A stretch of DNA of 17,868 nucleotides from an uncultured Fibrobacterales bacterium (lineage in GTDB: Bacteria; Fibrobacterota; Fibrobacteria; Fibrobacterales; CAWVXU01): positions 1 to 17,868 of the forward strand of contig CAWVXU010000057.1 in the NCBI GenBank assembly GCA_963934255.1, in the 5' to 3' direction. Below the pieces are notes generated by a model. That model made no database searches, was not told where the DNA came from, and was given only the letters and a program-made list of their open reading frames with translations. Of the stretch, positions 9,892 through 17,868 are shown piece after piece. Position 1 is the stretch's first letter, and every line of letters begins with the position of its first letter. The position numbers were made by a program, and so were the translations under genes.

Positions 9892-9920
9892 ATGCACACC
9901 ATAAGAGGTGTGCATTTTTC
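9892..9920 (+). terminator. Rho-independent terminator after gltD
   Basis: Perfect 9-bp stem ATGCACACC / GGTGTGCAT with 6-nt loop ATAAGA, followed by TTTTC; about 50 bp after the gltD stop. Confidence 0.8.
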
Positions 9921-10028
9921 GTATATTTACGGTACAATATTAGTGATAGATAAAAGCGTCATAACTTTTTTCATAAATTGAGATTAGTATATTTTTCATC
10001 TCAGAGTATTGCTTTGAAGGGAGCCTTT

Positions 10029-12002
10029 GTGTTCAAAGTCAAAACCATTAAATTGATAGTTATTCTATCTGCACTTTTTTTTGTTGCTTGCCAAAAAGAA
10101 CAAACATTTAAAGCTGATGGTTCACCTGAAATTGTTGTCAATCTTCCTTTTTATGGAATGAAGTCACTCAACCCCTTCATTTGGGCAGAGCAACAAGTAC
10201 TCGCTCAAGGGACAATCTTTGAAGGTCTAGTTGGTTATGACGATGAACTAAATGTCGTCCTAAAAGTGGCCGATTCAATTGAGATTTCTCTCGACCGAAA
10301 AGTATGGGTTTATAAACTAAAGAAAAATAAAAAGTGGTCTAATGGCGATCCTGTGACTGCAAATGACTTTATTTATAGTTGGAAAACTTTTCTGAAGCCC
10401 GGCAATAGCAGTCCAATGTGGGCATCGTTTATGTATGAAGTTGTTAATGCTAATGAATATCACAATGGATCGAAAGAATGGGACTCAGTAGGGTTAAGAG
10501 CAATTGATGATTTCACAATCGAAATCAAATTAAATGAAGCAGCGGATGTCTCTGGCAAAATGATACTAGGTACAGGCATGCCTCTCCATAAAGGTTCTTA
10601 TGAAACCTCACTTGCCAATAATCGGCAATGGTGGAAGCCAGAAAATATTATTGTCAATGGCCCGTATATGCCAACTAAGTTTGTAGCAGATGGCGAAGTT
10701 GAATTAATCCCCAACTCTCACTACCAAGGAAAACGTGGAAATGTTGACCGCTTTGTACTTCATCCAGGTGGATTGACTGTCCAAGTTCAAAACTATGAAG
10801 CTGGTGATCTTGATCTTGCCCATATATTAACACTTGGTGACTATAGATATGTTACTTCCGGTGGTCGTATTTCACATCAATACGTAGAAGAAGAAGAGCT
10901 TGGCTTTATGGGCTACCAAATTGCACGCACCTTGAACCCTTTACTTGAAGAGCCTAAGATTCGGCAAGCTTTGGCAATGGCAATAGATCGGAAAGTAATT
11001 GCTGAAAAAGTAATGGGCAACCGTGTTGTCCCGACAACTGTTTATGGGCCGCCATCTGATTCAATGCTTCAAGGTCTAAATAGTTTTAAGTACAACCCCG
11101 CTCATGCAAAAAAACTTTTACAGGATGTTGGATATTTTAAAAACAAACCAGTCATATACATCTTCGCACCACCTAGTACTGACCCTCGCGGTTGGGCGTC
11201 TGTTACCGAAGTATTACATTCTCAATGGAAAGAAATTGGATTAAATGTTCTGATTGAAAACATGGAAGATGGAATGTTAAATGAATACTCTTGGGGTGGA
11301 GCATATCATAAAGGCTCACAATTTAAACGCCCAGGTGTCACAATGTATACAGGCCCGATGATATACAAGACTCCGCAGACTTTGATGCGACTTTCAGAGC
11401 ACAACTATTATTATCACAACTACCCATATGAGACTAAGAAAAAAATTAAAAAACTTGAAATTGAAAAAAAATATTTATCGACGGTTGCCAGAGGCGTTGA
11501 CGATATTGATTGGGCAATTATAGATGAACTAGCAGAAGACATACAATTTACTCAAGATAGTTTAAAAAAGAGTGAACTCAATCTCAATTTCAAAAATGAA
11601 ATTATGAGACCAAATTTTTATGAAAGCTATCAAATGGTTCGCAAAAAGTATAGTGATAATATGACTCCTGCAGACAAAGTTGATTTGTGGAGGTCGTGTA
11701 GATTATTAATATATGATGCTCAAATTAAATTCATCAAGATTTCAAAAAATGATCAAAATTTAGATGGTTGGAGGATGCTTGCCGACTTAAAAGGTGCAGG
11801 GCCAGATCAAGTTCAAGACATTGTCCCTCGCCTTCAGCAGAGTATTTTAGACCAAGCTTGGATTGTCCCACTTTATTCTCAGAAGCTAGTTTATGTTAAG
11901 AAGCCCTGGCTTTCAGGGGTAGTACTTAATAAATTTGGTGCTTGGCTCTCGGCATTTAATCTTCAATACATGGAGGTTGATACCCTTGGGTATCTTGATT
12001 AG
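10029..12002 (+). CDS. Family 5 (OppA/DppA-like) ABC transporter solute-binding lipoprotein, about 657 aa, with an extra internal segment
   Basis: GTG at 10029 after SD GAAGGGAG; lipoprotein signal (KVKTIKLIVILSALFFVA-C). SBP_bac_5 signatures IFEGLV, A.S...S.D...W.YKL....KWSNGDPVTANDFIYSW, NGPY, KIRQALAMAIDR, YNPAHAKKLL, and AWIVPLY near the C-terminus. Confidence 0.9.
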   Translation: MFKVKTIKLIVILSALFFVACQKEQTFKADGSPEIVVNLPFYGMKSLNPFIWAEQQVLAQGTIFEGLVGYDDELNVVLKVADSIEISLDRKVWVYKLKKNKKWSNGDPVTANDFIYSWKTFLKPGNSSPMWASFMYEVVNANEYHNGSKEWDSVGLRAIDDFTIEIKLNEAADVSGKMILGTGMPLHKGSYETSLANNRQWWKPENIIVNGPYMPTKFVADGEVELIPNSHYQGKRGNVDRFVLHPGGLTVQVQNYEAGDLDLAHILTLGDYRYVTSGGRISHQYVEEEELGFMGYQIARTLNPLLEEPKIRQALAMAIDRKVIAEKVMGNRVVPTTVYGPPSDSMLQGLNSFKYNPAHAKKLLQDVGYFKNKPVIYIFAPPSTDPRGWASVTEVLHSQWKEIGLNVLIENMEDGMLNEYSWGGAYHKGSQFKRPGVTMYTGPMIYKTPQTLMRLSEHNYYYHNYPYETKKKIKKLEIEKKYLSTVARGVDDIDWAIIDELAEDIQFTQDSLKKSELNLNFKNEIMRPNFYESYQMVRKKYSDNMTPADKVDLWRSCRLLIYDAQIKFIKISKNDQNLDGWRMLADLKGAGPDQVQDIVPRLQQSILDQAWIVPLYSQKLVYVKKPWLSGVVLNKFGAWLSAFNLQYMEVDTLGYLD

Positions 12003-12005
12003 ATT

Positions 12006-12998
12006 ATGAAGTTGATTGAATTTTTAATTAAGCGACTGATTTCAACAATGATTTCTTTATTGGTTGTAATATCGTTAACCTTTTATCTCATGGATGCTGT
12101 TCCTGGTAATTTTCTAGAGATTTATGAGCAAACACAGGCAACAATTGCTGATGGTGGAGCATCAATCAAAGACTATAAGGCTAAATTTAATGAAGACTTT
12201 CATATAGATAAACCAGTCTATGTTCGAATTTCAATCTATTTACAAAATGTGTTACAAGGTGATTTTGGGGTCGGTTACAAAGATCGGGATGTTAAAATTG
12301 GAGCACTTGTTATAGAGAAGCTTCCAGTTACTGCAAGTGTTGCATTCATGGGTCTACTATTAGCTTTAGCTTTAGGTGTGCCACTAGGTATAATAGCAGC
12401 TCTCAAGAAAAACACTTGGATAGATTATTTACTGATGAATGTCTCTATGGTGGGGCTTGTCATTCCAAGCTATGTAATTGCAGTGGGATTAATTATGTTT
12501 TTCTCCATTTTTGTTAAGAATTTTGAATGGGGTAATTCATTTCCACTGGACTTTTTGAGACTTCCTGCGGGTGGGTGGGGGAGACCTGAACATCTTATTT
12601 TACCCGCGATTGCACTCGGGATGAGGCCACTAGCTCAAGTTGCTAGGTTTATCAAAGCATCCTTATTAGAAACTTTAGAACAAGATTTTATACGAACAGC
12701 TTATTCAAAAGGTCTCAATAAATCACGCGTTATTACTGTCCATGCTTTAAGATCGTCATTAATACCGGTGATTACGGTGATGGGGCCTTCATTTGCTTAT
12801 ATGATTGTTTACTCAGTTTTGGTTGAAGAAGTTTTCAAACTACCGGGCTTAGGGAGGCTTTTTGTTACCTCGATGATTGAGCGTGATACACCGATGTTAG
12901 TCACTGTCACGTTGATTTTGTCAGCGACAGTTTTGTTTATCAACTTTATTGTCGATTTACTTTATTCAGTCATTGACCCTAGAATTGAGTTGGAATAA
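12006..12998 (+). CDS. Opp/Dpp ABC transporter permease (OppB/DppB-like)
   Basis: Multiple hydrophobic segments; GDFG, HLILPAIAL, QDFIRTAYSKGL, HALRSSLIPVIT, VEEVFKLPGLG and C-terminal DPRI. Confidence 0.93.
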   Translation: MKLIEFLIKRLISTMISLLVVISLTFYLMDAVPGNFLEIYEQTQATIADGGASIKDYKAKFNEDFHIDKPVYVRISIYLQNVLQGDFGVGYKDRDVKIGALVIEKLPVTASVAFMGLLLALALGVPLGIIAALKKNTWIDYLLMNVSMVGLVIPSYVIAVGLIMFFSIFVKNFEWGNSFPLDFLRLPAGGWGRPEHLILPAIALGMRPLAQVARFIKASLLETLEQDFIRTAYSKGLNKSRVITVHALRSSLIPVITVMGPSFAYMIVYSVLVEEVFKLPGLGRLFVTSMIERDTPMLVTVTLILSATVLFINFIVDLLYSVIDPRIELE

Positions 12999-13001
12999 AT
13001 T

Positions 13002-13871
13002 ATGGAAAATAGTTCTCCGAAAATTGTTGAAGAAAGTAGTTTCAGTAAAAGTTTTCAAAAGTTTAGCAAAAACAAATTAGCTTTAGCTGGAGCGGTCTAT
13101 ATCATTGTATTAGTTTTAATATCGGTACTAGCGCCTGTAGTTACTCCTTATGATTATGATGAAGTAGATAAAGGTCATGAAGTTGAAGGTGTGACTTGGG
13201 GTCACTGGTTTGGTACAGATCAATTAGGGCGTGATATGTTCTCTAGAAATATTTACGCGGCAAGAAATGCGATTGGAATCGGTGTTGGAGCAGTCATTAT
13301 TGGTTTGTTGATTGGTGCAATTCTGGGATCTTTATCTGGGTATTATGGAGGTGTTATTGACATGATCATGATGCGGCTAGTTGATATTATGATTGCCTTT
13401 CCGCAAATTCTACTTATGGTCTTACTTGTGGGAGTGATGGGGAGAGGGATGTTGACCATCTTTGTCGCCATTGGTTTAACAACTTGGGCGAATTACGCTC
13501 GATTAATTCGAGGTCAAGTTTTACAAGCAAAAAACAATGAGTATGTAGAGGCAGCTAGATGTTTAGGGGCTAAGGATGGATACATTATCCGTAAATATAT
13601 ATTTCCAAATATACTAGGCCCTATTATTGTGATGGTCTCTTTTGGTATTCCTGATGCTATGATGGCTGAATCGGGAATGTCGCTTCTGGGGATGGGACTT
13701 CGGCCGCCGATGCCATCCTGGGGTAATTTGATTGCTGATGGTACGATTCAAATTTTAGGTTTACCTCATTTAGTCCTATATCCTGCCTTGACTTTTGGTT
13801 TGACTTTATTGGCCTTTACCTTTATTGGTGATGGCCTCAGGGAGGTTTATGCCAAATCAGATACACACTGA
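13002..13871 (+). CDS. Opp/Dpp ABC transporter permease (OppC/DppC-like)
   Basis: F.KNKLA N-terminus, HWFGTDQLGRD, GYYGG..D...MRLVD, EAA loop EYVEAARCLGA, PSWG. Confidence 0.94.
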   Translation: MENSSPKIVEESSFSKSFQKFSKNKLALAGAVYIIVLVLISVLAPVVTPYDYDEVDKGHEVEGVTWGHWFGTDQLGRDMFSRNIYAARNAIGIGVGAVIIGLLIGAILGSLSGYYGGVIDMIMMRLVDIMIAFPQILLMVLLVGVMGRGMLTIFVAIGLTTWANYARLIRGQVLQAKNNEYVEAARCLGAKDGYIIRKYIFPNILGPIIVMVSFGIPDAMMAESGMSLLGMGLRPPMPSWGNLIADGTIQILGLPHLVLYPALTFGLTLLAFTFIGDGLREVYAKSDTH

Positions 13872-13878
13872 GGAGCCT

Positions 13879-14883
13879 ATGACTAAACCAACCACAGACT
13901 CACTGAGAGAACCCATACTCGAAGTTAAAAACTTAAAAGTTAACTTTTCTACGAGTGATGGCACTCTTTACGCAGTTGATGACATTTCATATAATGTTCA
14001 TCCGGGCGAGGTTCTTGGCTTGGTTGGTGAATCAGGTTCAGGTAAGTCAGTCAATGTTTTGACTATGGCTCAATTATTGAATTCCAACAAAATGACGACC
14101 TCAGGGGAAGCACTTTATCGCGGTCAAAATTTATTGAAGATGTCGCAAGTTGAGATTGCCAAACTATTAGGCCCCGAAATTGGTTTTGTTTTTCAAAATC
14201 CTTTAAGTTCACTTAATCCAGTAATGAAAATTGGTCTTCAAATTGCCGAGGGACCGATTCACCATGGTATTATTACTAAAAAGGAAGCCAAAGACTACGT
14301 TGTTGATCTTTTAAACAAGGTAGGGATTAATGATCCTGATCGACGCTATAACGATTACCCTCATCAATTTTCTGGCGGTATGAGACAACGTGTCATGATT
14401 GCTATTGCTATGGCTTGTAATCCCAAACTATTAATTTGTGATGAACCAACAACTGCACTTGATGTGACTGTAGAACGACAGATTCTTGACCTTTTGCAGG
14501 AACTTAAAGACAAACACAATTTGGCGATTATTCTTATAACTCACAATTTGAACTTGGCGATGAATTATAGCAACCGGGTAGCTGTGATGTTTGGTGGGAA
14601 AATTATGGAAATTGGAAGTTCCTATCACCTTTTAAGTAATCCAATGCATGCCTACACTAAAGGATTATTTGGAGCTAACCTTGAAATAGGTAAAAAGGGT
14701 AAAACTTTGGATACACTTCGTGATGCTGGTGGAATACTTGAGCAACTGCCTGAAGGTTCACTTGTCTTATCGGCCGGAAAAGAGAACGAATATTTTGACC
14801 GTGACAATTTGTTGAATGTTGAAGGTGAGCCGGGACATTTTTACAATACACTTTATAATAAAGAAGCGAGTTCAGAGTTATGA
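13879..14883 (+). CDS. Opp/Dpp ABC transporter ATP-binding protein (OppD/DppD-like)
   Basis: ATG at 13879 directly after GAGGAG. Walker [10 protein letters not shown]-loop FQNP, signature [12 protein letters not shown], Walker [14 protein letters not shown]-loop ITHN. Confidence 0.94.
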   Translation: MTKPTTDSLREPILEVKNLKVNFSTSDGTLYAVDDISYNVHPGEVLGLVGESGSGKSVNVLTMAQLLNSNKMTTSGEALYRGQNLLKMSQVEIAKLLGPEIGFVFQNPLSSLNPVMKIGLQIAEGPIHHGIITKKEAKDYVVDLLNKVGINDPDRRYNDYPHQFSGGMRQRVMIAIAMACNPKLLICDEPTTALDVTVERQILDLLQELKDKHNLAIILITHNLNLAMNYSNRVAVMFGGKIMEIGSSYHLLSNPMHAYTKGLFGANLEIGKKGKTLDTLRDAGGILEQLPEGSLVLSAGKENEYFDRDNLLNVEGEPGHFYNTLYNKEASSEL

Positions 14884-15707
14884 GTGTCAAAAACATATTA
14901 GAAGTTAATAATTTAAGTAAAACATTTGGTCGTGGATCCCATGCTATCCGCGCAGTCCAAGATATTTCCTTTTGTATTCGCGAAGGTTCTACACTTGGTG
15001 TTTTAGGTGAATCAGGCTCGGGTAAATCGACACTTGGGCGATGCTTATTAAGGCTTATTGAACCTGATAACGGGCAAGTCCGTTTTCAAGGTGAAGACAT
15101 TACCTTTTTAAATCGGGATGAATTTCGTAAACGTCGTAAAAACATGCAAATGATTTTTCAAAACCCTTATGGTTCGCTTAACCCCAAAATGACCATTGGT
15201 GAAAATGTTTGTGATCCTCTGACTATATGGGGCCTAGGTGACTCAATTTCTCGTCGTCAAGAAGCTCAGCGGCTTCTTGACCTTGTTGGAGTGCGTGGAC
15301 GGTCTCTTGATCATTTCCCTCATGAATTTTCTGGTGGTCAACAACAACGTATCTGTATTGCTAGGGCTTTAGCTCTTAAGCCAAAGCTTTTGGTTTGTGA
15401 TGAGGCGACTTCGGCGTTAGATGTGAGTGTTCAAGCTCAGATAATTAATCTCTTAATGGATTTACAAAAAGAATTCAAACTGACTTTTATCTTCATATCT
15501 CATAACTTAGGTGTCGTTGAATATATGTCCGACGAAGTTTTAATCATGCAAAATGGTCGGATGAAAGAGCTATCAACTACTGAAGAAATTTACAAGTATC
15601 CTAAAAATAAATACACGAAGACTTTGATTGGATCTGTACCGAGAATGCCTAGTATAGAAGAACTCAAGCTGAAGTATGAACTCGATTTGGATCGATTAAA
15701 GGGTTAA
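14880..15707 (+). CDS. Opp/Dpp ABC transporter ATP-binding protein (OppF/DppF-like), short form
   Basis: [49 protein letters not shown] overlap with the upstream ATPase gene at 14880-14883. Confidence 0.94.
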   Translation: MSVKNILEVNNLSKTFGRGSHAIRAVQDISFCIREGSTLGVLGESGSGKSTLGRCLLRLIEPDNGQVRFQGEDITFLNRDEFRKRRKNMQMIFQNPYGSLNPKMTIGENVCDPLTIWGLGDSISRRQEAQRLLDLVGVRGRSLDHFPHEFSGGQQQRICIARALALKPKLLVCDEATSALDVSVQAQIINLLMDLQKEFKLTFIFISHNLGVVEYMSDEVLIMQNGRMKELSTTEEIYKYPKNKYTKTLIGSVPRMPSIEELKLKYELDLDRLKG

Positions 15708-15744
15708 TACCTTTTTCGGCTAATTTACTATCTGACAATTATAT

Positions 15745-15798
15745 TATTTAAAACAAATAAGGGATTCTCAGATGAGAATCCCTTATTTGTTTTAAATA
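15745..15798. terminator. Perfect inverted repeat (26-bp arms, 2-nt spacer); probable bidirectional terminator
   Basis: TATTTAAAACAAATAAGGGATTCTCA (15745-15770), GA, then TGAGAATCCCTTATTTGTTTTAAATA (15773-15798). Lies between convergent genes; T-rich tail on each strand. Confidence 0.85.
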
Positions 15799-15841
15799 GT
15801 TAAAAATATCAATAGCTATATCGTAGATTCAAAAACTATAG

Positions 15842-16279
15842 TTATTGAATTGCAAATTCCATTGCGTCTTTGGTGTTTGATCCAGCGACTACTTCACCCG
15901 CTAAATTACTGACAAAAAGAGCAACTTTATGTTTAGTGTCTTTTGAACCCATTTTGTATTCTACATCTTCACTTCTGAACTCAACTTTATAACTTTCAGC
16001 GCCTTTTGCTTCAAACGAAAGCTCTTTAGAAAACTTGTCAGCTCCACGTATATATGCAGCTTGGATCGTTATTTGTCCAGCAGGAGCAATTGCTTCAGAT
16101 GCACCATTTGCATTCATTGTATTAATGGATGTGAAGCTAACTGCAGCTGTTTCATCAGACGCACCTACTAAGTTAACTATTTGATCGGCAGGAAGCTCAC
16201 CTTGAACTGCGCTGAATTTAGAAGAACAACCTACAATCAGAAGTAGTGATGTGATAAGAATGATCATGTGTTTTTTCAT
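15842..16279 (-). CDS. Hypothetical lipoprotein, 145 aa
   Basis: ATG at 16279 preceded by GAGG. Signal peptide MKKHMIILITSLLLIVG-C (lipobox IVGC). Mature part has alternating beta-strand-like patterns. No family recognised. Confidence 0.85.
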   Translation of the reverse strand: MKKHMIILITSLLLIVGCSSKFSAVQGELPADQIVNLVGASDETAAVSFTSINTMNANGASEAIAPAGQITIQAAYIRGADKFSKELSFEAKGAESYKVEFRSEDVEYKMGSKDTKHKVALFVSNLAGEVVAGSNTKDAMEFAIQ

Positions 16280-16453
16280 TTGAACCTCAATTTTTTGGAT
16301 ATCAACAAAAATACTAAACTTCTGTCGGAGTTGGATAATGGAGCGCAATTGTCGAAGTTTTAATATTAAATCGCCTCAGGTCTTTAATATAATATCGAAG
16401 TTCCCTTTTAAGGAGGTTCAATTTTTATCTTTAATTGATAACATGGAGATATT

Positions 16454-17365
16454 ATGACTGCAAAAATCATTTCTGGAACTGAAATTAGAGCTGAAATTCT
16501 TGATGAAATTAAGAATGAGGTTAACCTAATACAATCAAAACATGGTGTAATACCAGGACTTGTGACAATTTTAATAGGGGATGATCCTGCTTCAAGGTCC
16601 TATGTGACTGCCAAAGTAAAGACAGCGACTCATCTTGGGTTTAAAGAAATTCAAGAGAACCTTGTGGCTGATGTTTCTGAATCTGAGCTTTTGGGGATGG
16701 TTGAAAAGTACAATAATGATGCCACTATTCATGGTATTTTAGTGCAATTGCCTCTGCCTAAGCACATTGATGAAAAAAAGGTGCTCAATCTAATTGATCC
16801 AGATAAAGATGTTGATGGTTTTCATCCCGTTAATGTGGGACGATTGATGATTGGCGGAAACGAAGTTAAGTTCCCTCCTTGTACCCCAGCAGGTATACAA
16901 GAAATGATCTCTCGTGCAGGCGTTAATACAGATGGAGCTGAAGTTGTAGTTGTAGGTCGTTCAAACATTGTAGGCAAGCCTATTGCTAATATGATGCTTC
17001 AACGTGGACTAAAATCTAACTCTACTGTGACTGTGGTTCATACAGGTACCAAAAATTTAGCATCTCATTGTAAGAGAGCTGATATTCTAATTGTAGCAGC
17101 TGGTGTTCCAGGACTCGTGAAAGTCGATTGGATAAAAGAGGGTGCTTGTGTGATTGATGTTGGAGTCAACCGAATTGGTAAAAAAATCTCTGAAAAAACA
17201 GGCAAAGAAATCGCTATCTTGTCAGGTGATGTTGATTTTGAAGCAGCTTCTGAAGTAGCCGGGTTTATAACGCCTGTTCCGGGTGGAGTAGGGCCAATGA
17301 CTATTACTATGCTGATGAAAAACACACTCAATAGTTGTAAGAATCACCTAGGAATTATTGGGTAA
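16454..17365 (+). CDS. folD: Bifunctional 5,10-methylene-THF dehydrogenase / methenyl-THF cyclohydrolase
   Basis: GDDPASRSYV..K, HGILVQLPLP, KDVDGFHP.N.G, PCTP.GI, GRSNIVGKP, VIDVGVNR, GDVDF, ITPVPGGVGPMT; GGAG SD upstream. Confidence 0.97.
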   Translation: MTAKIISGTEIRAEILDEIKNEVNLIQSKHGVIPGLVTILIGDDPASRSYVTAKVKTATHLGFKEIQENLVADVSESELLGMVEKYNNDATIHGILVQLPLPKHIDEKKVLNLIDPDKDVDGFHPVNVGRLMIGGNEVKFPPCTPAGIQEMISRAGVNTDGAEVVVVGRSNIVGKPIANMMLQRGLKSNSTVTVVHTGTKNLASHCKRADILIVAAGVPGLVKVDWIKEGACVIDVGVNRIGKKISEKTGKEIAILSGDVDFEAASEVAGFITPVPGGVGPMTITMLMKNTLNSCKNHLGIIG

Positions 17366-17370
17366 TTCCT
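17350..17370. terminator. Short hairpin over the folD stop codon; possible weak terminator between convergent genes
   Basis: AGGAATTA (17350-17357) / TAATTCCT (17363-17370) with a 5-nt loop; no clear U-tract. Confidence 0.25.
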
Positions 17371-17389
17371 GAATTGGGTTGAACCTAGG

Positions 17390-17868
17390 TTAATAAATAC
17401 TAATGTATTTTTCAACAAGCCGTTTTCTTGATTGAAAATAAGGCTGAATCCCATTTCTAAGGCTGATGGTGTTGAGGTGAATTCTATATTTTTCCATGGA
17501 GATATTTGAATGAGTCAAGGCGGCAATTTTTGCTTCCTCGCTTTCAAGTTGGTTAAAATTTTCTTTCCACTGTCCAGTAATGACCATGTGGTTTAATAAT
17601 TTCAACTGATTGTTCAGCATATGGTAAATCTCTGAACTAAGTTCCTTCATATCGGGTGTAGTCAAATTTGTTTGAATCGGTTTGACTGACTGACTAGGTT
17701 GAGAATCCACCAATGGAGCTACCTTTGAATTAAGCTGGTCTGAAAACTCAATCTTTGAAGTATTTGCATTCCATTGACCCTTAAGAATAGTAGTTCGAGG
17801 AGATTTTAAAAGCTCAAATTCACTTGGGTTTATATTCTTTAAGAGCTGTGAGATGACAGGAAAGACTT
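17390..17868 (-). CDS. C-terminal part of an unidentified protein (start lies beyond the right edge)
   Basis: The frame of track ORF 17390..17713 stays open to the window end: ...VFPVISQLLKNINPSEFELLKSPRTTILKGQWNANTSKIEFSDQLNSKVAPLVDSQPSQ...RKRLVEKYISIY*. At least 158 aa; no family recognised. Confidence 0.7.
   Translation of the reverse strand, partial: VFPVISQLLKNINPSEFELLKSPRTTILKGQWNANTSKIEFSDQLNSKVAPLVDSQPSQSVKPIQTNLTTPDMKELSSEIYHMLNNQLKLLNHMVITGQWKENFNQLESEEAKIAALTHSNISMEKYRIHLNTISLRNGIQPYFQSRKRLVEKYISIY

Noticed and set aside
11435..11475. Poly-A runs (A6-A8) in the SBP gene as phase-variation or frameshift sites
   Set aside because: Explained by consecutive Lys/Glu codons in an AT-rich gene; frame is intact.
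9978..16348. ORF-track upstream starts at 9978 (SBP), 13825 (ATPase) and 16348 (lipoprotein); likewise 3589 for acnB
   Set aside because: Downstream starts (10029, 13879, 16279, 3547) have better SD spacing and/or give the expected signal peptides or N-termini.
16320..16453. Possible ZTP (pfl) or THF riboswitch upstream of folD
   Set aside because: No conserved aptamer sequence or GC-rich pairing visible; an Rfam scan would be definitive.
14431..17331. Antisense ORFs 14431-14628, 14675-14896 and 17065-17331
   Set aside because: Shadows of the ABC ATPase genes and folD.
1..17868. CRISPR arrays, IS/integrase genes, tRNA/rRNA, defence or biosynthetic clusters
   Set aside because: No periodic repeats, cloverleafs or matching protein motifs seen; nearly all sequence is accounted for by the listed genes.

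Overview
AT-rich bacterial chromosomal window of mostly central-metabolism and transport genes. In order: 5' part of recQ (minus, cut by the left edge), aconitase B (acnB, minus), the divergent glutamate synthase operon gltB-gltD, a five-gene Opp/Dpp-family ABC importer, a convergent small hypothetical lipoprotein, folD, and the 3' end of an unidentified gene (minus, cut by the right edge). I saw no rRNA, tRNA, CRISPR array, transposase/integrase, phage or defence genes, and no clearly new multi-gene system. The most unusual element is the ABC importer: its lipoprotein solute-binding protein has an apparent ~110-aa insertion and many Trp/Tyr residues, and its ATPases lack the C-terminal Fe-S cysteines. 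Also notable: a structured 360-bp recQ-acnB spacer holding a stop-interrupted Cys-rich mini-ORF, and a perfect 26-bp-arm palindrome. All family assignments are from motif recognition by eye; no searches were run.
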